NCBI GenBank assembly: GCA_038887515.1
Contig: JAWAKK010000002.1
Coordinates: 96,001 to 160,000 of the forward strand
Origin: Candidatus Nezhaarchaeales archaeon
Lineage (GTDB): Archaea; Thermoproteota; Methanomethylicia; Nezhaarchaeales; WYZ-LMO8
DNA: 64,000 nucleotides
Reading direction: 5' to 3'
Shown piece by piece: positions 31,756-41,110 of this stretch (position 1 is its first letter; every line of letters starts with the position of its first letter). Made by a program: the position numbers and the translations under genes. The notes beneath the pieces were generated by a model, which was not told the DNA's origin, did no database searches, and was given only the letters and a program-made list of their open reading frames with translations.

Positions 31756-31816
31756 GGCCTCAGGTCATGAATGGTCTTTCACGGTAATTCAACACTCGGC
31801 AAGCTCTTCATCGGCC
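31756..31816 (-). ncRNA. C/D-box methylation guide sRNA
   Basis: ggccg-ATGAAGA-12nt-TTGA-attacc-GTGAAAG-12nt-CTGA-ggcc; TATA-like element near 31840. Confidence 0.8.
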
Positions 31817-31869
31817 AGTTAGACTTGTGTAGGAGGGACTTATATCTCTTTAGTAAAGGTGTATATGTA

Positions 31870-32724
31870 GTGAGGCTCGTAGTTGCATTACCATCAACTG
31901 TAGTCGCTGAGGCCAATTCTCTATTAGAAAAGACCGTTAAAATAGGGTTTATGGCTCGGGCCCTCTCTATATTTAAAGTCAAGGAGTTACTAATTTATCG
32001 TGATGTCAGTACAGAGGTGGACGAGGGAAGGCTCGTAGGAAAATTGTTTGAATACGCTATTTGCCCCCAATATCTCAGAAAGAAACTCTTCCCTTTAGAC
32101 CCAGATTTAAAGTACGTCGGTATCTTACCACCCCTCAATACCCCTAACCATCCGATGGAGAAAAGTATTGAAGAGTTGCCCGATGTAACTTACCGAGAAG
32201 GACTTGTGGTTAGTAGGAAAGGTAGGAAGTGTTTGGTAGATGTAGGGCTCGATAGGAACGTGGTCCTTTATAACGCAGGAGAATTGAAGAAAGGGGACAG
32301 AGTAGTTCTAAAGATAACTAAGAAGAATGGTACTATCGAAGCGTACAAGGTTAAGAGGGAAGATGTCCCCCAGTACTTTGGATACGAAGTTTGTATTACC
32401 GACTTTAACCTTAAAGGAGTAATATCTTCCTTTAAAGGTCGCGCGCTAATCGTAGCAACTTCAAGATATGGAAGGAACATAAATGAGGATGCTCCTATTC
32501 TTGTAGAGAGGATGAAGGAACACCGTTATAGCGTGCTTTTACTTTTCGGCTCACCATTTAGAGGACTTTATGAGCTCGCAAAGAGGGAGGGATTTGATCT
32601 AGATAAAACGGTGGACATGGTCTTGAATTTTGTTCCAGAGCAAGGGGTTAGAACGGTTAGGGTTGAAGAGGCTTTGTACTCAACGCTCGCAATAATAAAT
32701 TTCCTCTATCATTACTTTAAGTAG
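31870..32724 (+). CDS. SPOUT RNA methyltransferase (DUF171/C9orf114); GTG 31870 preferred over track start 31771
   Basis: PQYLRK, LPPLNTPNH, FGSP, QGVRTVRVEEA; upstream of rpl3. Confidence 0.88.
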   Translation: MRLVVALPSTVVAEANSLLEKTVKIGFMARALSIFKVKELLIYRDVSTEVDEGRLVGKLFEYAICPQYLRKKLFPLDPDLKYVGILPPLNTPNHPMEKSIEELPDVTYREGLVVSRKGRKCLVDVGLDRNVVLYNAGELKKGDRVVLKITKKNGTIEAYKVKREDVPQYFGYEVCITDFNLKGVISSFKGRALIVATSRYGRNINEDAPILVERMKEHRYSVLLLFGSPFRGLYELAKREGFDLDKTVDMVLNFVPEQGVRTVRVEEALYSTLAIINFLYHYFK

Positions 32725-32837
32725 CTATGAAGGGCGAAGCAGATTCGAATACTTCAAGGAAATAAAGATTAAATAGGGGGCTGGGCATTTTTACTCTCCA
32801 AAACGACGTTAACTTGTAAGGTTAAGAGGGATTAAGC

Positions 32838-33851
32838 GTGGGAAGAGGAGTTCACGCACCACGTCGAGGGTCTCTAGGCTTCTACCCACGAGTAAGGGCT
32901 AGAAGGATAGTTGCTAGAATAAGGAGATGGCCAAAAGTAGAAGTAGAAAGACCTCAATTGCTAGGCTTTGCTGCGTATAAAGCCGGGATGACTCATGCTG
33001 TCATAATTGAGGACAAGCCTACTAGCCCATTTTATGGTAGGGAAGTAGTGAAAGCTGTAACCATACTGGACGCACCACCTCTCTTCGTATTTGGCATCAG
33101 GCTGTACTCCTCGACTACCTATGGTCTTAGAAGTATTTTTGAAGTTATATCAGATAAGTTGCCGAGGGATTTAGGAAGGAAAATACCTATCCCTAAGAAT
33201 TATAATAAGGAGGATGCCATCTCTAAGGCTCAACAATTAATAAGTAAGGCTTCGGAAGTCAGGGTTCTGGCGTGTACCCAGCCGAGATTATCAGGACTGA
33301 AGAAGAAGACGCCGGAAATCGTTGAGATAAAGGTGGCGGCAAAGAGTGTCGAAGACTCATGGAACTATGCTCTATCGTTGCTTGAGAAAGACGTTAGGGC
33401 AACTGACGTCTTTAAGGAGGGACAGTACGTCGACGTCGTAAGTGTAACTAAGGGTAAAGGTTTCCAAGGGGTTGTAAAGAGGTATGGTGTAAAGATAATG
33501 CCCCGCTGGCATAAACATCGTAAAGGACATAGAAGGATAGGTAGCGTCGGTCCTCAGAACCCCTCCATGCCATTCACGATACCAAGACCTGGACAACTAG
33601 GATATCATCAAAGGACAGAGTATAATAAGCGTATAATAAAGATGGGTGAAGATGGGCTATCTATTACGGTGAAGGGCGGCTTTGTAGGTTATGGTATCGT
33701 AAGGGGATCGTACATAATATTACTGGGTTCAGTACCGGGACCTAGGGGAAGGTTGGTAAAGCTAAGGTATCCCATGAGGCCTCCTAAGAGCGTACCTACA
33801 TCTCCCCCGAGAATAGTAAGTATAAACATAGACTCTAAGCAAGGTGGTTGA
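32838..33851 (+). CDS. rpl3: Ribosomal protein uL3
   Basis: PRRGSL, YKAGMTH, TKGKGFQG. Confidence 0.97.
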   Translation: MGRGVHAPRRGSLGFYPRVRARRIVARIRRWPKVEVERPQLLGFAAYKAGMTHAVIIEDKPTSPFYGREVVKAVTILDAPPLFVFGIRLYSSTTYGLRSIFEVISDKLPRDLGRKIPIPKNYNKEDAISKAQQLISKASEVRVLACTQPRLSGLKKKTPEIVEIKVAAKSVEDSWNYALSLLEKDVRATDVFKEGQYVDVVSVTKGKGFQGVVKRYGVKIMPRWHKHRKGHRRIGSVGPQNPSMPFTIPRPGQLGYHQRTEYNKRIIKMGEDGLSITVKGGFVGYGIVRGSYIILLGSVPGPRGRLVKLRYPMRPPKSVPTSPPRIVSINIDSKQGG

Positions 33852-34648
33852 AGTTGCAAAGTTTAACTAAAGTCACCGCTTTATATGACCTTGAAGGCAA
33901 GGAAGTCGGGATAATAGAAGTGCCTAAAGTTTTCAACTACGAAGTTAGATTGGACATCATAAAGCGAGCTTACTTATCAGCTTTCACAGCAAAGATACAA
34001 CCTCAGGGAAGAGACCCTATGGCCGGTAAGAGGACTACAGCTGAGAGCTGGGGGGTAGGCTACGGTATCGCCAGGGTACCCCGAGTCAAAGGAGGAAGGT
34101 ACCCTCGCGCAACTAGTGCAGCATTCGTGACTATGGCTGTTGGTGGTAGAAGAGCTCATGCACCAACAATAGAAAAGAAGGTTCATGAAAAGATAAATAG
34201 GAAAGAGAGGAGACTTGCCATAAAGTCTGCCATAGCGGCGACAGCAGTCAAAGAGCTCATAGAGAGGAGGAGACACGTCCTTCCGCAGAACATCTCTCTG
34301 CCAATAGTAGTAAAGAGGGAAATAGAGGACATTGAGAGTACGAAGCAAGCTAGGGAGTTCCTAATCAAATTAGGTTTATGGAGTGACGTAGAGAGAGTTC
34401 GTGACAAGATAAAGGTAAGGGCTGGTAAAGGGAAGATGAGAGGGAGGAGGTACAAAGAGGGCAAAAGCCTATTGGTCGTATTTTCCGGAAGGTGCAAGGC
34501 CGTAAGAGCTTTTAGAAATCTTCCTGGAGTTACAGTCGCTTATGTAAATAACTTATCGATCTTACACCTAGCTCCCGGAGGAGTCCCTGGACGCTTAACC
34601 TTGTGGAGCGAGGATGCGATAAAAATGTTGGCTAAATTGGAGGAGTAG
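33848..34648 (+). CDS. rpl4: Ribosomal protein uL4
   Basis: AESWG, RAGKGKMRGR, LAPGG. Confidence 0.97.
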   Translation: MKLQSLTKVTALYDLEGKEVGIIEVPKVFNYEVRLDIIKRAYLSAFTAKIQPQGRDPMAGKRTTAESWGVGYGIARVPRVKGGRYPRATSAAFVTMAVGGRRAHAPTIEKKVHEKINRKERRLAIKSAIAATAVKELIERRRHVLPQNISLPIVVKREIEDIESTKQAREFLIKLGLWSDVERVRDKIKVRAGKGKMRGRRYKEGKSLLVVFSGRCKAVRAFRNLPGVTVAYVNNLSILHLAPGGVPGRLTLWSEDAIKMLAKLEE

Positions 34649-34651
34649 TTT

Positions 34652-34930
34652 ATGGGCGAGGAGACAACTATAAAATTTTACGACGTAATCCTAAGACCTA
34701 TAGTCTCGGAGAAGGCACTTTCATTAATTGAGAAAAATAATACCTTAACGTTCATAGTCGATATAAAAGTTAACAAACCCCGCATAAAAGAGGCTATAGA
34801 GAAGTTGTTCGATGTCGAAGTTGAAAAGGTTAACACCCTGATAACGTCAAAAGGGGAGAAGAAAGCATACGTAAAGTTAAAGCCGGAGCATAAGGCGTCT
34901 GATGTGGCGGTTAAGTTAGGCATACTATGA
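34652..34930 (+). CDS. rpl23: Ribosomal protein uL23
   Basis: SEKA, KVNTL, KKAYVKL. Confidence 0.97.
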   Translation: MGEETTIKFYDVILRPIVSEKALSLIEKNNTLTFIVDIKVNKPRIKEAIEKLFDVEVEKVNTLITSKGEKKAYVKLKPEHKASDVAVKLGIL

Positions 34931-34946
34931 TGAGGAGAGAATCAAA

Positions 34947-35666
34947 ATGGGTAAGCGGATATTAGCCCAACGTAAGGGTCGTGGAGGTTCGGTATTTAGA
35001 TCGCCGAAATGGATTCATAAGGGGCCTGCCAAATATCCCAACCTTAACATGAAGGAAAAGGAGAATGTAATTGAAGGAAAAGTTGAAGCAATAATACACG
35101 ATCCAGGTAGAGGGGCCCCCCTAGCATTGATTAAATTATCTGATGGAACTAGGTTTCTTAACGTAGCTGCCGAGGGTATTAGAATAGGGCAGAAGGTACA
35201 GATCGGAGATAAAGCTGAAGTAGCTCCTGGAAATATCCTGCCTTTAAGGAGCATACCCGATGGGACTAAGGTTTTCAACATAGAGTTAACATATGGAGAT
35301 GGTGGGCGCTTAGTTAGAGGTTCAGGTTGTTACGCTATAGTTTTAGGGCACTCAGCCGAAGGCGTATACGTAAGCCTTCCATCGGGGAAGACCAGGCTCG
35401 TAAGCGGTTTAGCGAGAGCGACGGTAGGCGTCGTAGCAGGTGGTGGTAGAACTGAAAAGCCATTCATAAAGGCCGGAGCTAAGTACCACCTATCCAAAGT
35501 CAAGGCATGGAAGTACCCTGAAGTAAGAGGTAAGGCGATGGGTGCCTATGCTCACCCGCACGGCGGAGGAGCACATCCAAAGGGTGGCACGCCAGTGAGT
35601 CATGGAACACCGCCCGGAGCAAAGGTAGGTCACATCTCTAGTAGAAGGACCGGGAAGAAAGAGTAG
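34947..35666 (+). CDS. rpl2: Ribosomal protein uL2
   Basis: HDPGRGAP, HPHGGG. Confidence 0.97.
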   Translation: MGKRILAQRKGRGGSVFRSPKWIHKGPAKYPNLNMKEKENVIEGKVEAIIHDPGRGAPLALIKLSDGTRFLNVAAEGIRIGQKVQIGDKAEVAPGNILPLRSIPDGTKVFNIELTYGDGGRLVRGSGCYAIVLGHSAEGVYVSLPSGKTRLVSGLARATVGVVAGGGRTEKPFIKAGAKYHLSKVKAWKYPEVRGKAMGAYAHPHGGGAHPKGGTPVSHGTPPGAKVGHISSRRTGKKE

Positions 35667-35768
35667 AAGGGTTATCACATCAGCTCGTAGCATTTAACCT
35701 ACGACTACGAGGAAAAATGCTATTTTGATCATTAATTTCTAAAATTATAGTCTCGTCATAAGTTTAAT

Positions 35769-36161
35769 TTATTTTAAGGGTACGTACATTGAACTTCTCG
35801 TGGCCCTTAGACCGGGCTCACCGTGCTCCACTTTTTTGCACGTTATAGCGAATTCTCCTAAGTAATGCCCTATCATCTCTTCAGTTATAGTTACGGGGAT
35901 GAACTCTTTGCCGTTGTAGACGTGGACCGTTACTCCGACCATCTCCGGTAATATTATCATGTCTCTGATGTGAGTCCTAACAATCGATTTTTTGCCTGTC
36001 TTGAGCTCTCTAATTTTTTCGAGGAGCTTCTTCTTCTCGTCATTAAACCCCCTTGCGAGGGACCTCCTCTGCCTCGCTGGAAGCAACTTTATGAACTCGT
36101 CCATAGGCATCTCCAGCAATTGCTCTAAAGTGTAACCCCGATACGTAAACTTACTCGACAT
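35769..36161 (-). CDS. rps19: Ribosomal protein uS19; inverted within the S10 operon
   Basis: [24 protein letters not shown]. Confidence 0.97.
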   Translation of the reverse strand: MSSKFTYRGYTLEQLLEMPMDEFIKLLPARQRRSLARGFNDEKKKLLEKIRELKTGKKSIVRTHIRDMIILPEMVGVTVHVYNGKEFIPVTITEEMIGHYLGEFAITCKKVEHGEPGLRATRSSMYVPLK

Positions 36162-36294
36162 AGTTTTACCTCTTCCTTCCAGCTTCTTACTTTCAGACTC
36201 CTAGCCTAGTTATAAGAATTACCCTATTTAAGCGGAAACCTAATATTAGAGAGTTTTACTCTTCAATTACTAACAGCACGAGGAAGAATGCTCT

Positions 36295-36756
36295 ATGCCA
36301 GAATTCGGCTATTCCCTTCAAAACTATGAAGCTGACAAGATGGCGAGGGCTAGCGGAAGGGATCTTAGAATAAGCTGGAAGAAGGCTGTAGAAGTTTGCC
36401 GATTCATAAGGGGCAAGAGACTCGTCCAAGCCAAAGAATTACTTGAAAAAGTTTTAAGAAAGGAAGTTATGATACCGTTTACTACTTTTAACAAGAAGCG
36501 TGCCCACCATGGTAGCATAAGTAAGTACTCATGCGGAGGCTACCCAATAAGGGTCGTAAGAGAAGTTTTGAAGATTCTTAGAAATGTGGAGGCTAATGCC
36601 GAAAACAAAGGGCTCGATGTAGAGAAGCTCATTATAGTGCACGCAGCCGCCCATAAAGGACCTATAGTTAAAAAGTATATACCGCGTGCATTTGGCAGGT
36701 CAACTCCATCCTTCCAACAATTAGTGCATATAGAGGTGGCAGCCAAAGAGGTTTAG
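36295..36756 (+). CDS. rpl22: Ribosomal protein uL22
   Basis: ISWKKAVE, PRAFGR, HIEV. Confidence 0.97.
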   Translation: MPEFGYSLQNYEADKMARASGRDLRISWKKAVEVCRFIRGKRLVQAKELLEKVLRKEVMIPFTTFNKKRAHHGSISKYSCGGYPIRVVREVLKILRNVEANAENKGLDVEKLIIVHAAAHKGPIVKKYIPRAFGRSTPSFQQLVHIEVAAKEV

Positions 36757-36767
36757 ATCGAGGTGAA

Positions 36768-37418
36768 ATGAAGGTGCCGGATGTAGAGAAGAATTTCATA
36801 TCGAAGGCACTAAAAAGACTCGATGTGGACTCTTTCTTGGAACAAGAGCTAGCGAGGGCCGGCTATGTAAAGGTTGATTTGCAAAAGACCCCGCTAGGGA
36901 CTAATGTAACGATATTCTCTGAGAAGCCAGGAATGGTTATAGGGAGACATGGTTCTACAGTTCACGAACTAACACAAAAACTGGAAAAGGTTTTTGGAAT
37001 AGAAAGACCGCAAATCGTAGCGGTGCCGGTAGACGTCCCAGAGCTTAATGCTAAAATCATGGCTCAAAGGATTAAGAGCGCTCTTGAGAGGGGTATTCAC
37101 TTCAGGAGGGCAGCTTACATTGCTTTGAATCAAATAATGGAGGCTGGCGCTCTAGGCGCCGAAATAAGAATTAAAGGGAAGCTTAGAACCGAGAGAGCTA
37201 GATACGAAAAACTTCGTACAGGAATAGTTCTAAAATCAGGTCAAATATCCTTAGAAAACGCCGACGTAGCCGTTGAACATGCACTCTTAAAGCAAGGCAA
37301 GATAGGTATAAAAGTTAAGATAGTCTTGCCATCGGCGGCCAAAGCCATAGAGGCGCTAGATAAAGGCAAAGTTGTCTTGAAGGCGGAGGGTGAAGCTAGT
37401 GGCAATACTCAAAGTTAA
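36768..37418 (+). CDS. rps3: Ribosomal protein uS3
   Basis: KH domain PGMVIG, GIKVKI. Confidence 0.97.
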   Translation: MKVPDVEKNFISKALKRLDVDSFLEQELARAGYVKVDLQKTPLGTNVTIFSEKPGMVIGRHGSTVHELTQKLEKVFGIERPQIVAVPVDVPELNAKIMAQRIKSALERGIHFRRAAYIALNQIMEAGALGAEIRIKGKLRTERARYEKLRTGIVLKSGQISLENADVAVEHALLKQGKIGIKVKIVLPSAAKAIEALDKGKVVLKAEGEASGNTQS

Positions 37419-37614
37419 TGACATAAGGAGAATGACAAAGGAGGAAAGGATATCCAAGTTGAAGGAACTTAAGGCAGAGCTCATGAGACTTAGAGCTCGC
37501 CAAGCTTCAGGAGCCCCTCTAGAGAAGCCGGGGAAGATAAGGGCTATAAGAAAAACAATAGCTAGGATTCTAACGATAATAAACGAAGAAGAAAAAAGGT
37601 CTAAGCGTGCTTGA
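37390..37614 (+). CDS. rpl29: Ribosomal protein uL29
   Basis: PGKIRAIRKTIARILT. Confidence 0.95.
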   Translation: MKLVAILKVNDIRRMTKEERISKLKELKAELMRLRARQASGAPLEKPGKIRAIRKTIARILTIINEEEKRSKRA

Positions 37615-38728
37615 ACCTATCTTTAAGTTTCTCTAATATCTTTGGTAGTGTGGTGTATTCCAATTCTTCAGGTCCAACCCTAGCTGGCATAAACTCTCCC
37701 ATCCTTCTAATGTAGTCAGTTATTTGCATCGCAAAGTTCCTAGCTACATCGAAGGCTGGATCATCGAATAAATCGGCAGGCTCAGACCCCCTAAGTCCTA
37801 CTAGCTCTCCATTTGACAGTTGAAATCCCAGAGCTACGACCCTTGGCGGACCGTCAAAAAATGTGCATCTAGCATGTTTTAGGCTAACTGGCATAAGAGG
37901 ACCGTAATGCGAGCCTCTCATCCAGCCTGCCACGAGATGCGGGTAAGCGAATGGCGCTAATATTTCTCCAACGGCTGGAAAGCCATGCTGAGCCCTAACT
38001 ATGAGGGCTGGATCGTCCTTCCCCACGTACTTTCCAGCTATTAGGCTAAGCCTTGTCGTACTTGCTACAGCTGCGATCTCCTTGTCTACCTTTCTAACAA
38101 CTCTCTCAACGACGTATCTACCTGTTGTTCCTAATAGGGCTACTAAACTGTAAAGCTCCTCGGGGCAGCTAAGATCTACTACCTTGCCCTCCATGACGTC
38201 CATAACTCTGAATATGAAGCCTTCATGCATGCTTGGATCTATTACCAAACCTGCGGTGTTGTCAGGCGAAGCGAATATCTTATAGAGGGGGTAATTCCAT
38301 GCTCCCGGCTCCGTCTTGTCTGCAGCAAATACAATTATTGGTTCGCTAGGCCTTTCAACTATCTCCATTTCGGCAACTCCAGGCCCCATGCCTTTGACGT
38401 TACCCGAAAAAGTATCTGAAAGGAGGTCCTGGCCGGCAGCATAAAGCTTTAAAGGTTTAGAAACTCTTTCGGTAACCTCCTTAAAGGTACTCCAAGCCAA
38501 ACCATGTATTTCTGAGCTGGCTTCTCCCTTATTATGTGTCATTAACAGCTCCAAGTCATCACCACAATTGAAAACGAAGTAATCTATTATTAGGCCGCTC
38601 TTCTTAGCTTCCTCAAGTTTCTTATTCGCTACCTCAAGCTGTTTTGGGTGAACAACGTGGTGACCACACAGAGAACCTACATCCGCCTTTATCAAGCTAA
38701 TAGTTATCTTCTGCGGCAAATTTATCAC
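37601..38728 (-). CDS. fbp: Bifunctional fructose-1,6-bisphosphate aldolase/phosphatase
   Basis: KADVG, GDD, DKTEPG, YVGKDDP, GWMRGSH. Confidence 0.96.
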   Translation of the reverse strand: MINLPQKITISLIKADVGSLCGHHVVHPKQLEVANKKLEEAKKSGLIIDYFVFNCGDDLELLMTHNKGEASSEIHGLAWSTFKEVTERVSKPLKLYAAGQDLLSDTFSGNVKGMGPGVAEMEIVERPSEPIIVFAADKTEPGAWNYPLYKIFASPDNTAGLVIDPSMHEGFIFRVMDVMEGKVVDLSCPEELYSLVALLGTTGRYVVERVVRKVDKEIAAVASTTRLSLIAGKYVGKDDPALIVRAQHGFPAVGEILAPFAYPHLVAGWMRGSHYGPLMPVSLKHARCTFFDGPPRVVALGFQLSNGELVGLRGSEPADLFDDPAFDVARNFAMQITDYIRRMGEFMPARVGPEELEYTTLPKILEKLKDRFKHA

Positions 38729-38787
38729 CTAACATAAAGAAGGTATCGAGATGACCGTATAAACCTTTGGCGCTTTACTTAAGAACG

Positions 38788-40596
38788 TTATTGTTCCTCT
38801 TTTTCCTCTACTTCCTCCTTTTCCGGGATGTAATAGTATTCTCCTATGCTCTTCTGCTTCCTATGAAGATAGGAATCAGGCTTATTTATTCTAACCCTTC
38901 CGCTATGTAAATCTCTTCTAAAGGTGACGTCGATCTCCTGCAGGAAGAGGTTAAAGCCACTCCTCAAATCCATGGGGCTTGACGCAATGCCGTAAACTCC
39001 CGGTTTACCGCTGAAAACCATTATCGAATCAGCAACGGCATCCATAACTACAAGATCGTGCTCAACGACGAAAGCTGCTGCCTTCCTTTCCTCTACGATC
39101 CTTCGAATGAGCTTTGCCATGATGAGGCGTTGCTCTACATCTAAGTAGGCGGAAGGTTCGTCAAGTAAATATATGTTAGCCTCCTTGGCTAAGGTACACG
39201 CTATGCTGACTCGTTGAAGTTCGCCACCGCTTAAAGAGGAAAGCCTACGATCAAAAAGTTGTTCAAGCATAAATGGTTGGCATATCTCGCTCTTAAACCA
39301 AGGCGTGAACATTATGTCCCCCAAGTTCCTGTGCATATATTCGTAGACCATCTCCTCGCTCTCAAGAGTTATGTATTGTGGTTTATAACTGAACTTTATG
39401 TTAATATTCTGTTGGTTCGACAATAGATCCACCAGGGCCTTTACAAAGGTCGTCTTACCGATTCCGTTAGGACCTAATATGCCAATGACTTCCCCTTCAT
39501 GTATAACTCCTTGGTTTGCGCTTAGCTCGAAGCTCTCCCCTACCTTGACCTTGAATGAGGGCCACGAAAACAAATCGGTGACGGCGTAGGATTCTCTTGG
39601 TCTAGGTCTCAACTTAAACCTCACGGGCTCGCTCCTGAACTTTATGTTCTCGCTAGGTATGTAACCGTCGAGATATACGTTTATGCCCACTCGAACACCG
39701 TATGGTTGCGATGTAATTCCATAAGCTCCTGGCTTGCCGTACATTATGCAGACCCTGTCTGAAACGTAGTCCAGAATTGCAAGGTCGTGTTCAGCTATTA
39801 TGACCGCTTTACCTTCTTGAGACAGGGATCTTATGACTCTAGATGCTTTGAGCCTCTGCATAACGTCTAGGTAACTAGCCGGTTCGTCGAATATGTAAAC
39901 ATCAGCATCGCGGCAACACGCAGCAACTATAGCTAGTCTCTGAAGCTCCCCACCGCTTAGTGCTGCTACTTCCCTATCAGCTACATCAATTAGGTCGAGG
40001 TCTGTAGCTAAGTCCTTCCACATCCCCCTTTCATCAACTTTATTTAGTAACTCTTTAATGGTACCTTTGACGTATTTGGGTATTAAGTCCACGTACTGTA
40101 CTTTGTGTACAACGCGAAGCTTCCCATGATACAAGTCCCGAAAATAGGGTTGCAGTTCTGTTCCAGCAAAAAAGCGTATCACATCGTCCTTTGTTGGTTG
40201 ATGTTCTATAGCACCGAGGTTCGGTGTAAGTTCCCCTGACAAAATGCGAAGTATTGTAGTTTTTCCCGTCCCGTTGGGTCCTATCAAACCTATAACTTGA
40301 CGTCTTCTAGGGGAAGGAAGTCTATAAAGCCTAAACCCATTAACGCCATACTGATGAACGCATTCGCTTTCCAGTTCTTCGGGTAAATTAACTATTGTTA
40401 TGGCCGAGAAAGGGCACTTTTTAACGCAAATACCGCAGCCAACACATAGGTTCTCTCTTATTACTGGTCTATAGATGTCTTCGTCAAACTCGATGGCCAT
40501 AACTTTATTCTTCACCAATGGACAGAAACGATAGCATTCTCTACTACACTCTTTTGGCTTGCATAGATCTTTATCTATTACAGCTATTCGGGGCAT
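38788..40596 (-). CDS. rli: Ribosome recycling ATPase ABCE1 (start ATG 40596 after AGGAG SD)
   Basis: N-terminal 2x[4Fe-4S] domain, two ABC domains with LSGGELQR. Confidence 0.96.
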   Translation of the reverse strand: MPRIAVIDKDLCKPKECSRECYRFCPLVKNKVMAIEFDEDIYRPVIRENLCVGCGICVKKCPFSAITIVNLPEELESECVHQYGVNGFRLYRLPSPRRRQVIGLIGPNGTGKTTILRILSGELTPNLGAIEHQPTKDDVIRFFAGTELQPYFRDLYHGKLRVVHKVQYVDLIPKYVKGTIKELLNKVDERGMWKDLATDLDLIDVADREVAALSGGELQRLAIVAACCRDADVYIFDEPASYLDVMQRLKASRVIRSLSQEGKAVIIAEHDLAILDYVSDRVCIMYGKPGAYGITSQPYGVRVGINVYLDGYIPSENIKFRSEPVRFKLRPRPRESYAVTDLFSWPSFKVKVGESFELSANQGVIHEGEVIGILGPNGIGKTTFVKALVDLLSNQQNINIKFSYKPQYITLESEEMVYEYMHRNLGDIMFTPWFKSEICQPFMLEQLFDRRLSSLSGGELQRVSIACTLAKEANIYLLDEPSAYLDVEQRLIMAKLIRRIVEERKAAAFVVEHDLVVMDAVADSIMVFSGKPGVYGIASSPMDLRSGFNLFLQEIDVTFRRDLHSGRVRINKPDSYLHRKQKSIGEYYYIPEKEEVEEKEEQ

Positions 40597-40935
40597 AATC
40601 ATATCTCCTGCCTGACGATATATCGAACGCTGATAACTATGCATGTCGAGCCTATACTTCGATCCTAACTACTTCACCTTTTGCTCGTCCTTATTTCATT
40701 ATCGGTCGCATTTTCTCAATAAACTTAGTCCTATAGTGACTTAACGGCCGGGTTATAAAGACCTTCATTCTTCCATGAATGTCCAACTGTTGTCTAATAT
40801 AGTATTATCTAATAGCAGCTGTGTGGATAATGTAAATTCGCGAAGATTATGAAGATTGCCAAGAAAACAGAAATATGTTTTGTTAAAAATTTTAGGTTAA
40901 AAATAGTTGTGTTGTATTGAGTTGAATTAATACGT

Positions 40936-41010
40936 CTACCACTCCTCTTCCCATTCCTCTTCCTCTTCCCATTCCTCTTCCTCTTCCCATTCTTCCCATT
41001 CTTCTTCCAT
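40936..41010 (-). CDS. Candidate 24-aa Glu/Trp microprotein MEEEWEEWEEEEEWEEEEEWEEEW
   Basis: ATG to TAG, SD AGGGGG 7 nt upstream, TATA TTTAAATA at 41053-41060; mixed GAA/GAG codons. Confidence 0.65.
   Translation of the reverse strand: MEEEWEEWEEEEEWEEEEEWEEEW
40951..40986. repeat. Perfect 2x18-bp tandem repeat inside the Glu/Trp ORF
   Basis: CCATTCCTCTTCCTCTTC repeated twice, flanked by degenerate copies. Confidence 0.9.
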
Positions 41011-41110
41011 CTTTCTGCCCCCTGAAACGGTGTCTTAGAAGATTTATGGCTTTATTTAAAGTTACCGATAGGTTTGTGGAGAAGCTTTTAAGAAAAGCCC
41101 TCCTTTAAAC

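Noticed and set aside
31771-31869. N-terminal extension of the SPOUT ORF
   Set aside because: Overlaps a C/D sRNA and its promoter on the other strand; family-like sequence begins near GTG 31870
40850-40890. Possible fourth C/D sRNA (ATGAAGA-12nt-CAGA)
   Set aside because: No C' or D box and no terminal stem
40936-41010. Repeat tract as a CRISPR array or plain microsatellite
   Set aside because: No unique spacers and no cas genes; units are codon-phased and bounded exactly by start and stop codons
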